Source: Tolypothrix carrinoi HA7290-LM1
GTDB taxonomy: Bacteria; Cyanobacteriota; Cyanobacteriia; Cyanobacteriales; Nostocaceae
Assembly (NCBI GenBank): GCA_019358935.1
Contig: JAHHIK010000009.1
Coordinates: 1 to 64,000, forward strand
Reading direction: 5' to 3'
DNA: 64,000 bases
The notes under the pieces were generated by a model. It was not told the origin of the DNA and did not search any database. It saw only the letters and a program-made list of their open reading frames with translations. The position numbers and the translations under genes are program-made. Below, piece by piece: positions 43,124-53,402 of the stretch (position 1 is its first letter; every line of letters begins with the position of its first letter).

Positions 43124-43786
43124 TTAAAAAAGTGATAATTGGGGATTATTTTCCTCTGTAGATTGATTGTTTAAGAGGGGTTTTTGCTTAAGCTTTTTAC
43201 CCCATTCGTTACTTGCACCCTTTACCACATAAGCGCGGATATCGGTGGCGAGAGTTTCATAATCATGCTGAATTTGTTTGTAATTGATTGGCGTTATACC
43301 AATACTTTCCCAAAGTTTATCGTAATCATAATTTGGAAATGGTTTGTGTTTGGAGAGAGTAGTATGTGAAGCCCAAAGGTATACGTTTGTCCACTCCCAA
43401 GATAGTGGAACTTCAAAAGTAATTGGCATTATTACAGCAAGCACTTCGCTTGGCGTAGCAAGTTTCCCTACCTCACCTTTATCTACCTCCTCTAGGATTG
43501 TATCTAGTCTGTCAACTACAATTGCTTGCCACACCCAATTAGGAATAGCATCCCTCCATTCTCGCCGACCAGTGATTGTGGGACCAGCTAGATATTTAAT
43601 TAATTGTGCATCCACCTCTGCTAGTTCTAACAAACAGGCGAATACCTTTCTATCCATACCCATGCTGGCTAGAATCTTAAGCATTTTTTGAATATTTGGA
43701 GTTAGTATTTTTTCTCCTTTTAATTTACTATTTTTGATTGTTTGTTCAATATCAAACAGGCTTTGTTGTTGCATTTTAACCTCCAT
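43124..43786 (-). CDS. Hypothetical protein with N-terminal QQSLF and C-terminal QLSLF motifs
   Basis: 220 aa (start may be 43774). Confidence 0.8.
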   Translation of the reverse strand: MEVKMQQQSLFDIEQTIKNSKLKGEKILTPNIQKMLKILASMGMDRKVFACLLELAEVDAQLIKYLAGPTITGRREWRDAIPNWVWQAIVVDRLDTILEEVDKGEVGKLATPSEVLAVIMPITFEVPLSWEWTNVYLWASHTTLSKHKPFPNYDYDKLWESIGITPINYKQIQHDYETLATDIRAYVVKGASNEWGKKLKQKPLLNNQSTEENNPQLSLF

Positions 43787-43847
43787 ATAAAAAGCCGTCA
43801 GCTAATTATTACTAGCTGGCGGCTGCCTTCATCTTTTGGGGATTTTT

Positions 43848-44660
43848 TTAGCGCAAGAGTAGGTTATCCCATACGTTTCTAGGTGATACGTGACATTGAA
43901 ATTGTTCTCTTGCTGTCGTAAAGAAAGCGAGCAATCCCGTCTTTTTAGTCTTTTCCCACCATCTTGTCTCTAAGTAGGTGAGTAATAAAGCTTGGGTTGA
44001 TTTATCCTGTTTACTTGTCCAATTACTCACTTCTAGGGCTGTAATTACATTTTTGGGAGGTACTTGCAGTTGGTCGAGTATGCTTTCTGGTATGGAATTT
44101 AACAGACTGTGGAATGCGATCGCACGACCAGGACTGCCTAAACAAAGTTCGAGTATGTCTTGATGGAGGTAGATTTTATGGTTTTCCAGAATAGTTTTTA
44201 GTTCATCAATAGGTAGTTGAGCAAATGGGATTATTTGACACCTACTTTTTATGGTAGGCAGTATATTCTGGGCTTGGGATGTAATGAGGATAAATATTCC
44301 TTTTCCTGGTGACTCTAAGATTTTAAGTAAGGCGTTGGCGGCGTTTAGCGTGATACTGTCGCAGTCGTGGATAATTACTATTTTGCGATCGCCTTCAATA
44401 GGAGAGGTTGAAAGGAAGGCGATCGTTTCCCGTACCTGTTCTACTCCGATAGTAGAATTGTCTTCTTGCGGACGCACTTCCAGCATATCTGTGGTGCTAC
44501 AGATGTAGTCAGCAAATAGTCGGGCAGTTTTGGTTTTACCTACCCCTTCGACGGTGCTGGTAAATAGGTAGGCGCTTGAAATTTGATTTTGGGCAATCGC
44601 ATTATTTAAGATTAGTTTTGCGGTATGCTGCCCGATTATCTCGTTAAAGAGGTTGTTCAT
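43848..44660 (-). CDS. holB: DNA polymerase III delta-prime-like clamp loader subunit
   Basis: AYLF..EGVGK, AANALLKILE.P, LPTIKSRCQ. Confidence 0.9.
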   Translation of the reverse strand: MNNLFNEIIGQHTAKLILNNAIAQNQISSAYLFTSTVEGVGKTKTARLFADYICSTTDMLEVRPQEDNSTIGVEQVRETIAFLSTSPIEGDRKIVIIHDCDSITLNAANALLKILESPGKGIFILITSQAQNILPTIKSRCQIIPFAQLPIDELKTILENHKIYLHQDILELCLGSPGRAIAFHSLLNSIPESILDQLQVPPKNVITALEVSNWTSKQDKSTQALLLTYLETRWWEKTKKTGLLAFFTTAREQFQCHVSPRNVWDNLLLR

Positions 44661-45610
44661 AGGGTGCAGATTTTGATGATGGTGGGGGTGAAGTTGTCAA
44701 TGCCAGACTTGAGTTCACCTTCAAGTTGGATTAGTGCTACGAGTATTTGTTTGAGTTTAACGACGCTTACAGCTTCGACTTCTTTTTTGAGGAAGTACAG
44801 CCTTTTGGGGTTGCTGAGTTCGGCGAGTGTTGAGATTTTATTGTCGGGCAGTTTTTCTTCTACCCCAGCTTTCGTAATTAACCAAGTGCGGAAGTAACTT
44901 ATGAGGGTGGCGACTATTTTAAGAGGGTGTTCATCCTCAACTAGTAGGCGGTGGAGTATTTGTCCTGCTGTATCGGCTCTACTATTTTTAATGGCGTGGG
45001 CGAGTTCGGTACAACTGATATTGTTGTTGCTTATAAGTGACTGAACATCTCCTAACTCCAATTTTTGCCCCTGAGCGTAGATAGCAAGTTTGGTTAATTC
45101 GCTATCGAGCCGTGCAGTATTGTTTCCAATTGCCTCCACTAGATAGGTAGTGGCGGCGGGGACAAGCTCTAAGGAATGGGTTTTTACTGCTGCTTGAATT
45201 AGTTTTTCTATTCCTTGTTTATCCCAACTGGGGATGAGAGGAAATTCTTCAACTTCGGCGTGTTTGAATAGTGCTTTGACGACTTTGCTTCTACCATCAG
45301 GTTTCCAAAGTGAGGTAATTAAAAGTAGGTTTGGAGTAGGTACTTTGTCAAGATTTTTTAAGAGTGAGGAAATTATTTCATCCGAACATTTATTGAATAT
45401 TGTCCCATCTGTAATGTGGACAATTTTTCCACCTTCCCCCAAGGGAACTGTCATTACCTCTGTTATTGCCTGGGGTATTGCTGCTGCTTTGTTATCAACT
45501 CGAATGTAGTTGAAGATTTCCCACTCTTGGGTAGTAAAATCTTTAATTAATTCTTCCACCCTTTTTGATATTGAGTGGATATCTTCCCCATAAATTAATT
45601 TTACTGGCAT
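44657..45610 (-). CDS. holA: DNA polymerase III delta clamp loader subunit
   Basis: LIYGED, T.PLG.GG, KPDGRSK, RLDSELTKL, EHPLKIVATL, NPKRLYFL (cyanobacterial HolA pattern). Confidence 0.9.
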   Translation of the reverse strand: MPVKLIYGEDIHSISKRVEELIKDFTTQEWEIFNYIRVDNKAAAIPQAITEVMTVPLGEGGKIVHITDGTIFNKCSDEIISSLLKNLDKVPTPNLLLITSLWKPDGRSKVVKALFKHAEVEEFPLIPSWDKQGIEKLIQAAVKTHSLELVPAATTYLVEAIGNNTARLDSELTKLAIYAQGQKLELGDVQSLISNNNISCTELAHAIKNSRADTAGQILHRLLVEDEHPLKIVATLISYFRTWLITKAGVEEKLPDNKISTLAELSNPKRLYFLKKEVEAVSVVKLKQILVALIQLEGELKSGIDNFTPTIIKICTL

Positions 45611-45831
45611 GGGTATCTTGCTAAATGTTTATATATAAGTGCGTTAGCTAGCAAGTGGTGGTAAATAAATTTTCAAGTTATTGATATTTGTAGTTAGTCA
45701 TTATTTCTCCTGTAAATTAGATGGTTAAATTTAATTTTTACAAATTTTATCAATTCGATTCTTTATCATTAGAGTTATTTTAATTAACTTATTTATCCCT
45801 AAATTCATTATTTATAACTTTTGACTGGAGT

Positions 45832-46047
45832 CTATAAAAAATTAACGCTTGATTTTAATTTTGATGCTATTAGATAACATCCTAGGCTGAAGAGAAGACT
45901 CGCAATTAATGTAAGTACCGCAATTCTAACTAGCGACATTGCGAATAAATCATCTAAATTTTTATAAACTAATCTAGGATTATTATTTCCTATTGGAGTT
46001 ATTATCCACATTACTTTTTGTATATTTAGTGTGAAAAATATTACCAC
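45832..46047 (-). CDS. Possible small membrane protein
   Basis: One hydrophobic helix in a very AT-rich gap; weak start. Confidence 0.3.
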   Translation of the reverse strand: MVIFFTLNIQKVMWIITPIGNNNPRLVYKNLDDLFAMSLVRIAVLTLIASLLFSLGCYLIASKLKSSVNFL

Positions 46048-46088
46048 AGACTTATTAATTAGGCTGTAGTAATATCATTTTTATCCTT

Positions 46089-46874
46089 TTATAGGATTCC
46101 CTTGTTGCCAACCGATTGTATATCAACTTTACTTTGGTTGACATCTTGAACTGAATTTATAACTTGCTGAGTACCGTGATATTTGCGCCAGCCATCTAAG
46201 TCGCTTAGGTATTGCAACAGCGCAGATGGACCAGCTACCTGATATAGCGAGATGGCTGATTCCCACTCCCGAAAATTTGCTTTTTTATCGTTGAGAATTT
46301 TGATAATGGCACTGGGAAGTTTGTATCGAGTGCCACTATTTAAATTAATGTGCGGTGTGGTTTCTAGAAGTAGTTCCTGTTCGGATAGGGGTACACCGCC
46401 ATCTTTAAGATTTATCTCGTTTAGTTGGGCAGTTATACCTGAGAGAGGTAGGGTTTGTTGGGTTATACTGGCGACTAATATTTTCTGTTTAGTCTTCCTA
46501 GATTTGACAACTACAGGGTTTTTGGGAATGGGTATTAAGTAGCTTTGTGGAAGTTCAAGTGATAGCTGTTCTTTGAGTCGGTAGGGTAAGGTTTGTTTTT
46601 GGGCTGGGGTAATCTCGTAGGAGAAATTGGCTGTTTGTCTGGGGTCGCCAAACTTTCGGAGTTTGATTCTTACCTTGTAAGATATACTTCCTTGAATGAG
46701 TGTATGACTGTCAATAACTGTAGGTATACTATGTTCCCACCATACAATTTCAACAACTCGGTCGCCGTCTAATGAGTTATAGACATTGGTTAATCTGGCG
46801 TAGGGCTTTACTTCAAGGAAGTTATTTAACCACTTGCGTTGTTTTTTGTTGAGCAGTGATAATTTTTTAGCCAT
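46089..46874 (-). CDS. Hypothetical protein directly downstream of polB
   Basis: 261 aa, 2 bp after the polB stop; internal QLSLEL. Confidence 0.8.
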   Translation of the reverse strand: MAKKLSLLNKKQRKWLNNFLEVKPYARLTNVYNSLDGDRVVEIVWWEHSIPTVIDSHTLIQGSISYKVRIKLRKFGDPRQTANFSYEITPAQKQTLPYRLKEQLSLELPQSYLIPIPKNPVVVKSRKTKQKILVASITQQTLPLSGITAQLNEINLKDGGVPLSEQELLLETTPHINLNSGTRYKLPSAIIKILNDKKANFREWESAISLYQVAGPSALLQYLSDLDGWRKYHGTQQVINSVQDVNQSKVDIQSVGNKGIL

Positions 46875-46876
46875 TG

Positions 46877-48691
46877 TTAGAAAAGAGTCAGTTGTTTGCC
46901 GCTGTTTAGCATTTTAGGGTTTGCAATTTGCAGGATTTCTACTCGTTTTTGGGCGAGTAATTTGATGTAATACTGTGATGAATACTTTTGTAGGCTGTTG
47001 ATGTCTGTTACACCCAGAATGCTGTAATAATAAGTCACGACATCTCCGGGTTTTCCAAGTTTGAGAAGTTCTTTTTCACCCTCTTTAATTCTGCGAGTAA
47101 TGCACAAGTTTTCTTTTGGATATTCCCTTGATAAAATATGGGATAAAATGTGGGTGTAATACTCTTCTGCTGCTGATATATCTTGGATTAGGAGAGTTAA
47201 ATACTGAATGGAAAACTCTTTCTCTAGTTGCGAGCGATCGCGATTGCGCCAGTTGCCTTTGGTGATGATTTTCCCGTGCGGAAGCCATAGGAGGTAGTTT
47301 TTGGTTCCTCTTTCCGGGATAAACATCGCCGAAGCGATAAACTCTAGTTTGACGGTTATCCCTTCAGGCAGTTGAGATTGAAGTAAACAATGTATCTCTT
47401 CTGGATTGGGGTGGGTGAAAAACACCCCGTCAGTGTCAACTTCCACGGGAGTACCCCCTTCATAAGTGATAATTTCAATCATGAGTTTGAGTACCTTTCT
47501 GCTGTAGGCTGTCACCAAAGCCGCAGCCTCCATATCGTTGAAGGCGAGTTCAGATGTGCCGAAGAAGCCAAATTCGGAGTTAGCTAGAACTTTGACAGAT
47601 TCTCTCTTCTCCTTGGCAGCAATATTTCCACTAGATGCAAGTTGTTCCAGTCTAGATTTTTCATTCACCAGATATTGCAGGATACTTAGCCCAATACGTT
47701 TTGTATCTTTGATTGAGCAAATACCCTTGTCTAGCATTGCCCAAGGGTGCATTGAGCTAATATCTGCATATCCGACCTTTCTATACAGTCCAGGGATAGA
47801 GTAGGCCATGCCTCCCTGGAATTTGTACTTGCGATCGGGTTTGGGTTTATAGCCTGGATAATGATGCTCAAATATTCGCTCCCACTTGGTACCATTACCA
47901 GCAAGTGCTAGCTGCTGGAGATTCATTTCCGGTACAATTAGTGCTTCGTAATAGTATGACGGTACAAGTCTGTTAGCAATTAACTGCGTGTCTTCGAGGT
48001 CGTACACAAGATACTCTTTTAGCCGTTTCCATCCCTTACTGTTGGGGCCATCTTTCCAACAAGCGAGGATTTCCTCATAAGGAAGAACCAGTCTGGTGTT
48101 TTGGCGCAGTCCCATGTCCAATACAGCTTTTTTGAGCGACCTTCCGTTGGTTAGCTTTTTGGTGACAAAATCCCACCTGAGAACGCAGATGTAAACGTCT
48201 ACATGCTGGCTATTTTGGACAAATACCTCCCGAATTTTTAGCGGTTCGCCTCGTACCTTGGCAGTTCGGATAGTCCGAGATTTGGATGCAATTTTAAATG
48301 GGTGTTTTATACCATGCAGGTTGGATCTAGTGATAATGAATGGAATGTCAAATTCCATCCCGTTGTAGGTGAAAATTACATCTGGATTTTTCTTCTTTAA
48401 GTGATTGAAAAAGTCTGTGATAGTTTGTGCTTCTGAAATATTCATAAAAACAGTAGGATATCCCATTTCATCCATACACCCGATGGCATAAATGCGATTT
48501 TCAATTGGGTCTATACCTGCTGTTTCAATATCGACAAATAACTGTGAAAGTTCCTGGTATGGCTTGAGTTGTACTTGCGGTTGCCAGGGTTGAATTGGAG
48601 TGGGGTCTTTCCAATAAATGTCTAGTTTATCTTCATCGACAATGATTATACCCCTAGATTTTTTGACAAAATCCCTGTGGTTATAACTCAT
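46877..48691 (-). CDS. polB: Family B DNA polymerase with 3'-5' exonuclease domain and C-terminal clamp-binding motif
   Basis: ExoI DIET, ExoII YNGMEFD, ExoIII YLVYD; motif A DISSMHP, motif B KVLANSEFG, motif C DTDG; ends QLTLF. Confidence 0.9.
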   Translation of the reverse strand: MSYNHRDFVKKSRGIIIVDEDKLDIYWKDPTPIQPWQPQVQLKPYQELSQLFVDIETAGIDPIENRIYAIGCMDEMGYPTVFMNISEAQTITDFFNHLKKKNPDVIFTYNGMEFDIPFIITRSNLHGIKHPFKIASKSRTIRTAKVRGEPLKIREVFVQNSQHVDVYICVLRWDFVTKKLTNGRSLKKAVLDMGLRQNTRLVLPYEEILACWKDGPNSKGWKRLKEYLVYDLEDTQLIANRLVPSYYYEALIVPEMNLQQLALAGNGTKWERIFEHHYPGYKPKPDRKYKFQGGMAYSIPGLYRKVGYADISSMHPWAMLDKGICSIKDTKRIGLSILQYLVNEKSRLEQLASSGNIAAKEKRESVKVLANSEFGFFGTSELAFNDMEAAALVTAYSRKVLKLMIEIITYEGGTPVEVDTDGVFFTHPNPEEIHCLLQSQLPEGITVKLEFIASAMFIPERGTKNYLLWLPHGKIITKGNWRNRDRSQLEKEFSIQYLTLLIQDISAAEEYYTHILSHILSREYPKENLCITRRIKEGEKELLKLGKPGDVVTYYYSILGVTDINSLQKYSSQYYIKLLAQKRVEILQIANPKMLNSGKQLTLF

Positions 48692-49288
48692 GAACTAGAG
48701 ACTTTTCTAATTGTGAATGAAAGATTTTTCGCGTTCAGGATATATTGCAATACTTGTGGGTACTGACTGAGGAAGTATTCTATATCTTTAATACTGGTAA
48801 TCATTAACTCTTTATTTTATTCGCACTAGTTAATAATTGGATACTCTAGATTAGAATACTTCAGATTAAAAATAATTTTAATATCAGAATACACCCCATG
48901 ATTTTAAATTTTACTACGTAACAAGAGGAAACTAAACTTATAAACTTATCTAGACTATTTATATTTATAAGATTATGTTTATTCATACTAACTTTAATTA
49001 AGATTATTACCTTTATGGCGTATGCTTGTGCCGTGGTTAACCTCGGTCGCAAAATATTTATAATATTTTTATTAAAGAAAAACCAATTGCTTATCCAATA
49101 CATATACTGATGCTATTGGTTTAATTTTAATATATTTACTGTTTTGCTATTATTATCGTGAAAAAATACGTACTTGAATGGGAAAAGAGAAAAATTATGT
49201 TTAAATGTTAAGCCCAAAAATAAAAAAAATTAATTAAAAAGTTGAAACCTCTTTTAATTGCCAAAACTAAAAGAGGTTTTAACTTATG

Positions 49289-49519
49289 CTATGCTTGTTG
49301 GCTGTTGTTCAAGTATGCTTGAAATCGTTGGACTATGGCTTTGATTTCTTGTGCAGCTAGTACAGCAGCGAAAGTATCATTTGCTAGTTCTTGGTTAATA
49401 AACATCCCATGTTCATTTTTAGGACTTTCTTCGATTTGTCCTCCTGCATCATTTTCAATTTGTTCTCCTAATTCTTCTAAAGTTTTTAATTGTTGTTGAA
49501 ATAATTTGCGATATTCCAT
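49289..49519 (-). CDS. Hypothetical protein
   Basis: 76 aa, flanked by hairpins and preceded by the upstream motif. Confidence 0.65.
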   Translation of the reverse strand: MEYRKLFQQQLKTLEELGEQIENDAGGQIEESPKNEHGMFINQELANDTFAAVLAAQEIKAIVQRFQAYLNNSQQA

Positions 49520-49627
49520 GTATTTAACAAAGAAATTGTAAGTTGTATAATATTAAGAGCGTTAGCTATAGCTGCGGTTTTATTTGAACTAATAACTAAC
49601 TCTCCCTAATCAGGGAGAGTTGCTATT

Positions 49628-50917
49628 CTAAGCTTGTTGCAGTTGTGTTTGTTGCAACTTTTGAATAACTTCCACCCACACTAAGGCTTTCTTTCCATTA
49701 ATGGGTGTAAGCTTTTGCCAGTGTTCCTGTAACTGTGTCTGCGATAAGTGGGGTAACTGTTCTTTTGCCCAGTTAATTGCGTCTTGGGCAGTTTTCCAAT
49801 CCTTCCAGGGTTGAGTTTGGGAACTATTCTTTGTGGTTTGAACTATCTCGATAATGGTAGCTTCCATCCACAAGTGCGCGTTTTCATCTCGCATAAGATT
49901 TTGACGTGCCATCAGGAGTGCGATCGCACTGTGGATGTGGTTAACGCTCCACGATTTGGAGATTGTTGTAAGGGAATTCCAGGTTTCCTCTTCGAGTTGG
50001 GTAATATTTCTGCCATCGGGGTTGGTTTTGCAGACAAGCAGGTCTTTTAGAAAGCTGACAAGGCTTGTGTGGATGGTGATTGGGTGCTTGCCGCATTCAA
50101 TCCAATTTTGGAGAATGCCTAAATTGCCTGTAATTTGTCTAAGAGTGATATTTTCAAAGAAAGTGACTAAATCGTATTCGGGGATAATACCCGATAGTTC
50201 CCATACCCAATTGGGAGTGATTTCTCCTTCTCCCAGCAAGGTTAGTTGGTCTAAAAGTTTGAGTGAGTCGCGCAAGTGTCCCTTGTTTGTTTTGGCGACG
50301 GCTGTTAATGCTAGCGGATTGATATTTATACCTTCCTGGTGGGCAACTTTTTCTAGGTAATTTACAACTAGTGAGAGGGTAACCCTTCTAAAATCGAACT
50401 TTTGGCAGCGGGAGGTAATAGTTTCTGGGACTTTGTGTACCTCGGTGGTACAGAAGATGAACACAACATGGGCTGGTGGTTGTTCTAATGTTTTGAGTAA
50501 TGCTTGCCACGATTGGTGGGAAAGGGCATGACATTCATCTATTATTAGGATTTTGTACCTACCCTCGATTGGTTTAAGTTGAAGGTTGGATACCATCTCG
50601 CGGATGTTATCTACACCAGAGTGGCTGGCGGCATCAAGTTCGGTTACATCGAGAGATGAGGAGTGGGAAATAGTCTGACAAGAATTGCACTCGCCACAGG
50701 GTTCGGTTGTTGGTTCCTCTGTTGATTGACAGTTGAGAGATTTGGCGAGAATGCGCGCTGTAGTCGTTTTACCCGTACCCTTGGGACCGGTAAATAGATA
50801 GGCTGGGGCAGTCTTTTTGAGCAAGATCGCATTATTCAGGGTGCGTACAATATGTTCTTGTCCGACTATTTGTGAAAGTTGCTGGGGGCGATACTTGAGA
50901 TGCAGTGGTGTGTACAT
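49628..50917 (-). CDS. dnaX: DNA polymerase III gamma/tau-like clamp loader ATPase
   Basis: LKYRPQ, GPKGTGKT, C..PCGECNSC, DECH, SRCQ. Confidence 0.95.
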   Translation of the reverse strand: MYTPLHLKYRPQQLSQIVGQEHIVRTLNNAILLKKTAPAYLFTGPKGTGKTTTARILAKSLNCQSTEEPTTEPCGECNSCQTISHSSSLDVTELDAASHSGVDNIREMVSNLQLKPIEGRYKILIIDECHALSHQSWQALLKTLEQPPAHVVFIFCTTEVHKVPETITSRCQKFDFRRVTLSLVVNYLEKVAHQEGININPLALTAVAKTNKGHLRDSLKLLDQLTLLGEGEITPNWVWELSGIIPEYDLVTFFENITLRQITGNLGILQNWIECGKHPITIHTSLVSFLKDLLVCKTNPDGRNITQLEEETWNSLTTISKSWSVNHIHSAIALLMARQNLMRDENAHLWMEATIIEIVQTTKNSSQTQPWKDWKTAQDAINWAKEQLPHLSQTQLQEHWQKLTPINGKKALVWVEVIQKLQQTQLQQA

Positions 50918-50987
50918 ATTTGAGAAAGTCAAATTTTCTAAATGGATTTGTGTATAGCCAGTAAAAATGCTGGCTATACTTGTTGGT

Positions 50988-52304
50988 CTATAAAGCTGCT
51001 GTTTCTACTGGTTTTGCTTCCTGCTTGCGCTTGCGGGATTTTGACTTGCTGGTGCTAGCTGTATCAGACGGGGATGTTTCTGTTATGCTGGTTGTTTCAT
51101 TAGATACCTCTTGTTCGGAAATATCTACTGTTTCACTTTCTGGCTTGGAAGTGGTGGCAAGATTTTCTGGTTTATCGAAATCTTGGACGTCTACGGGCAT
51201 AATTAGTGTTAATTGGTCGAGCAATCCACCTACAGGAGAAATGATGACTGGTTGGAGGGGTTTGTTAAATCTGAATAGGATTTCATCGGTTGAAATGTGT
51301 TTGAGTGCTTCTTGTAGATAGCTACTGTTTACCCCAATACCGATGTTTTCCCCTATACTGGTTTGGGTTTTCATAAGTAAAGAATCTACCGCATCGCCAA
51401 TATCAGTATTACCTGTCATTAATGTTGCTTGTTGATCGTTCACCTCCCACAGGATTTTAACAATCTTGTGTTTTTTCTCTGCGAAATGGCTGATTCTTTT
51501 GAGAATAATTTCCATACCCTTGCGCTCTACAATTAGCTCGTTGGCAAAGCTTTTAGGTATAAGGTTGTTGATACGGGGAAATTCTCCTTCTAACAACCTG
51601 GATGTCAGTTCGGCATTTGGCAAGATAAACTGGATGGTGTTGTTTGCGACTTTGAGCGTACAACTGTTATTTTCGGCTGTTGTCGCCAAGATTTTTGCCA
51701 ACTCGGTGAGGCTTCTTCTAGGGACTGTGAATGATAGTGGTTCGTAGTTTCGCTCCAGCTTGGAAGATACAAACGCAAGGCGGTGTCCGTCGGTGCTGGC
51801 GCAACTCCAATTTTCACCTTGTAACTGAAAATGTACGCCTGTGAGGATGAGTTTGGTTTCGTCTGCGCTGCTGCAATACAGACAAGCTTCCAAGGCAGCT
51901 TGTAGCTTCTTGCTAGGAATGCTGATTTCGGTAGGGTTTTCTGTTTGTGGGATGCTTGGAAAATCTTCTGGATTTCCTCCTATAATACGACATTTTCCCG
52001 TGCTGTGGCTGATAACACAGGCGCGATCGCTTACTTCAATGTCCAGTTCGCCGCTTCCTAGATTGTTAACTGTATCGACTAGTAGTTTGGCGTTTAAAGC
52101 GACTACACCTGAGCGTATAATATTAATTATCGCTGTAGTTTTGATACTTACATTCAGGTCAGTACCAATGACGGTAAGTCTGCCCGAATCCGAGGCTTCG
52201 ATTAACAAACTTCCGAGTATAGGGTCTACTGGTTTTGTGGATATGCCGTTTTTGGCTGTTTCTAAGAGTTCCGCCAGTACAGATTGAGTAATTATTAGTT
52301 TCAT
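50988..52304 (-). CDS. dnaN: DNA polymerase III beta sliding clamp with C-terminal S/T/K-rich extension
   Basis: GTDL, ILTGVHF, STDGHRLA, RLLEGEFP, LIMPV. Confidence 0.95.
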   Translation of the reverse strand: MKLIITQSVLAELLETAKNGISTKPVDPILGSLLIEASDSGRLTVIGTDLNVSIKTTAIINIIRSGVVALNAKLLVDTVNNLGSGELDIEVSDRACVISHSTGKCRIIGGNPEDFPSIPQTENPTEISIPSKKLQAALEACLYCSSADETKLILTGVHFQLQGENWSCASTDGHRLAFVSSKLERNYEPLSFTVPRRSLTELAKILATTAENNSCTLKVANNTIQFILPNAELTSRLLEGEFPRINNLIPKSFANELIVERKGMEIILKRISHFAEKKHKIVKILWEVNDQQATLMTGNTDIGDAVDSLLMKTQTSIGENIGIGVNSSYLQEALKHISTDEILFRFNKPLQPVIISPVGGLLDQLTLIMPVDVQDFDKPENLATTSKPESETVDISEQEVSNETTSITETSPSDTASTSKSKSRKRKQEAKPVETAAL

Positions 52305-52376
52305 GGTGTATTTTGCCAGGGCATGATTTGTAAAGTGCTAGCGTGTTAACTAGCACCCTTGAAGTTTTACAAATGG

Positions 52377-53288
52377 TTAGTAAGGCAATTTGTCTAATTC
52401 GGATGAATTAGCTGGTGAGATTCCGACTGTTTCTACTGCACTTGGTAGTAGTAAATTATTATCTAGACCTGGAATTGCCATAGGTTTGTTGGGTTCGAGG
52501 GATTCCCATACGTAATTCTTAACGTCAGCTTTAAACCCTACGAAGTAGTTTTGCCATGTTTCTAGTGTTGGGGTTTCGTGTTCGACTACCTTGCAAGCAA
52601 AACTTTTTTGTTTGGTTCCAGCTTGTTCTCTAGCTGTTTTGAAGCAAAAGATTCCTAGAGAATAAAACAAGGTATTTTTTTGTTTGGCTGGGATACCATT
52701 AATAATTGAATGGCAAGTATTTAATTCTTTGCAGAATTCTTGCCAATGAGTGGCAAAGGATGCTTGATTTGCGCCCATTGCCTTATAAGTTAGGGGAATT
52801 TGATGCAGGGGTTGATTATTTTTGTCTAGCAGGAAGACTTGAAAATACTGTAGGTTGCCAATATTTTCGTCTTCTTTCATTTCAAGAGTGTACTTTCCTA
52901 AAATTATTGTTGACGAGTTTGGTTCTTGGGATTGCTTTCTATCAAATCCCAACACTGGCGATTTGGGACACACCAACATTCTGGGATTTTGGATAAGAAT
53001 ACCCTTTTCTTCACCACCGCTAGACTCAAACGTGTAGGTTATGAGTTGCTTGTCGTCAAAGTCCATCCAACCTGCATTTGCCATTTGGTCTACACTTATG
53101 AAATACCCGCAGGTTTGTGAGGTAGTACCGCGAAGTGCTTGGATGCGAGGGAGTCGTGCATTTGGGTCTAAAAACTCAGGCGAACAAAATTCATCTTTTT
53201 CTGTTACTTGAGGAATTGTTGTTGAATGAGTTTCGGCAGTATTACTTTTTGTTTGAGTTTCATTTAAATTGGCTTGAGTTTTAGCCAT
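52377..53288 (-). CDS. DUF5895-like cyanobacterial protein
   Basis: LPRIQALRG, CGYFIS, PRMLVCPKSP, FLLDKNNQPLHQIPL. Confidence 0.7.
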   Translation of the reverse strand: MAKTQANLNETQTKSNTAETHSTTIPQVTEKDEFCSPEFLDPNARLPRIQALRGTTSQTCGYFISVDQMANAGWMDFDDKQLITYTFESSGGEEKGILIQNPRMLVCPKSPVLGFDRKQSQEPNSSTIILGKYTLEMKEDENIGNLQYFQVFLLDKNNQPLHQIPLTYKAMGANQASFATHWQEFCKELNTCHSIINGIPAKQKNTLFYSLGIFCFKTAREQAGTKQKSFACKVVEHETPTLETWQNYFVGFKADVKNYVWESLEPNKPMAIPGLDNNLLLPSAVETVGISPANSSELDKLPY

Positions 53289-53402
53289 ATTTATCCTTAT
53301 TGAACTAGTTCATATACCCTGTGCATTTGCATATGCCGTGATAAAAAATAAAGTTGCCTGTTATAAACAAGTAACTTAAAAGTTAATCTTGGAAGTAATT
53401 AT

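Noticed and set aside
46877..48691. Protein-primed or pipolin-type PolB
   Set aside because: No evident TPR insertions, terminal protein or integrase; it has a clamp-binding tail and a separate primase. Not excluded without a phylogeny.
48861..49103. 80-aa ORF in an AT-rich gap
   Set aside because: Low-complexity I/K/N/L composition, no RBS or motif; likely spurious.
43848..52304. Interpretation as the chromosomal dnaN/dnaX/hol genes or as a prophage
   Set aside because: No dnaA or other housekeeping context and no virion genes; neighbours are ParAB, ParM, PRTRC and MobC-like plasmid genes.
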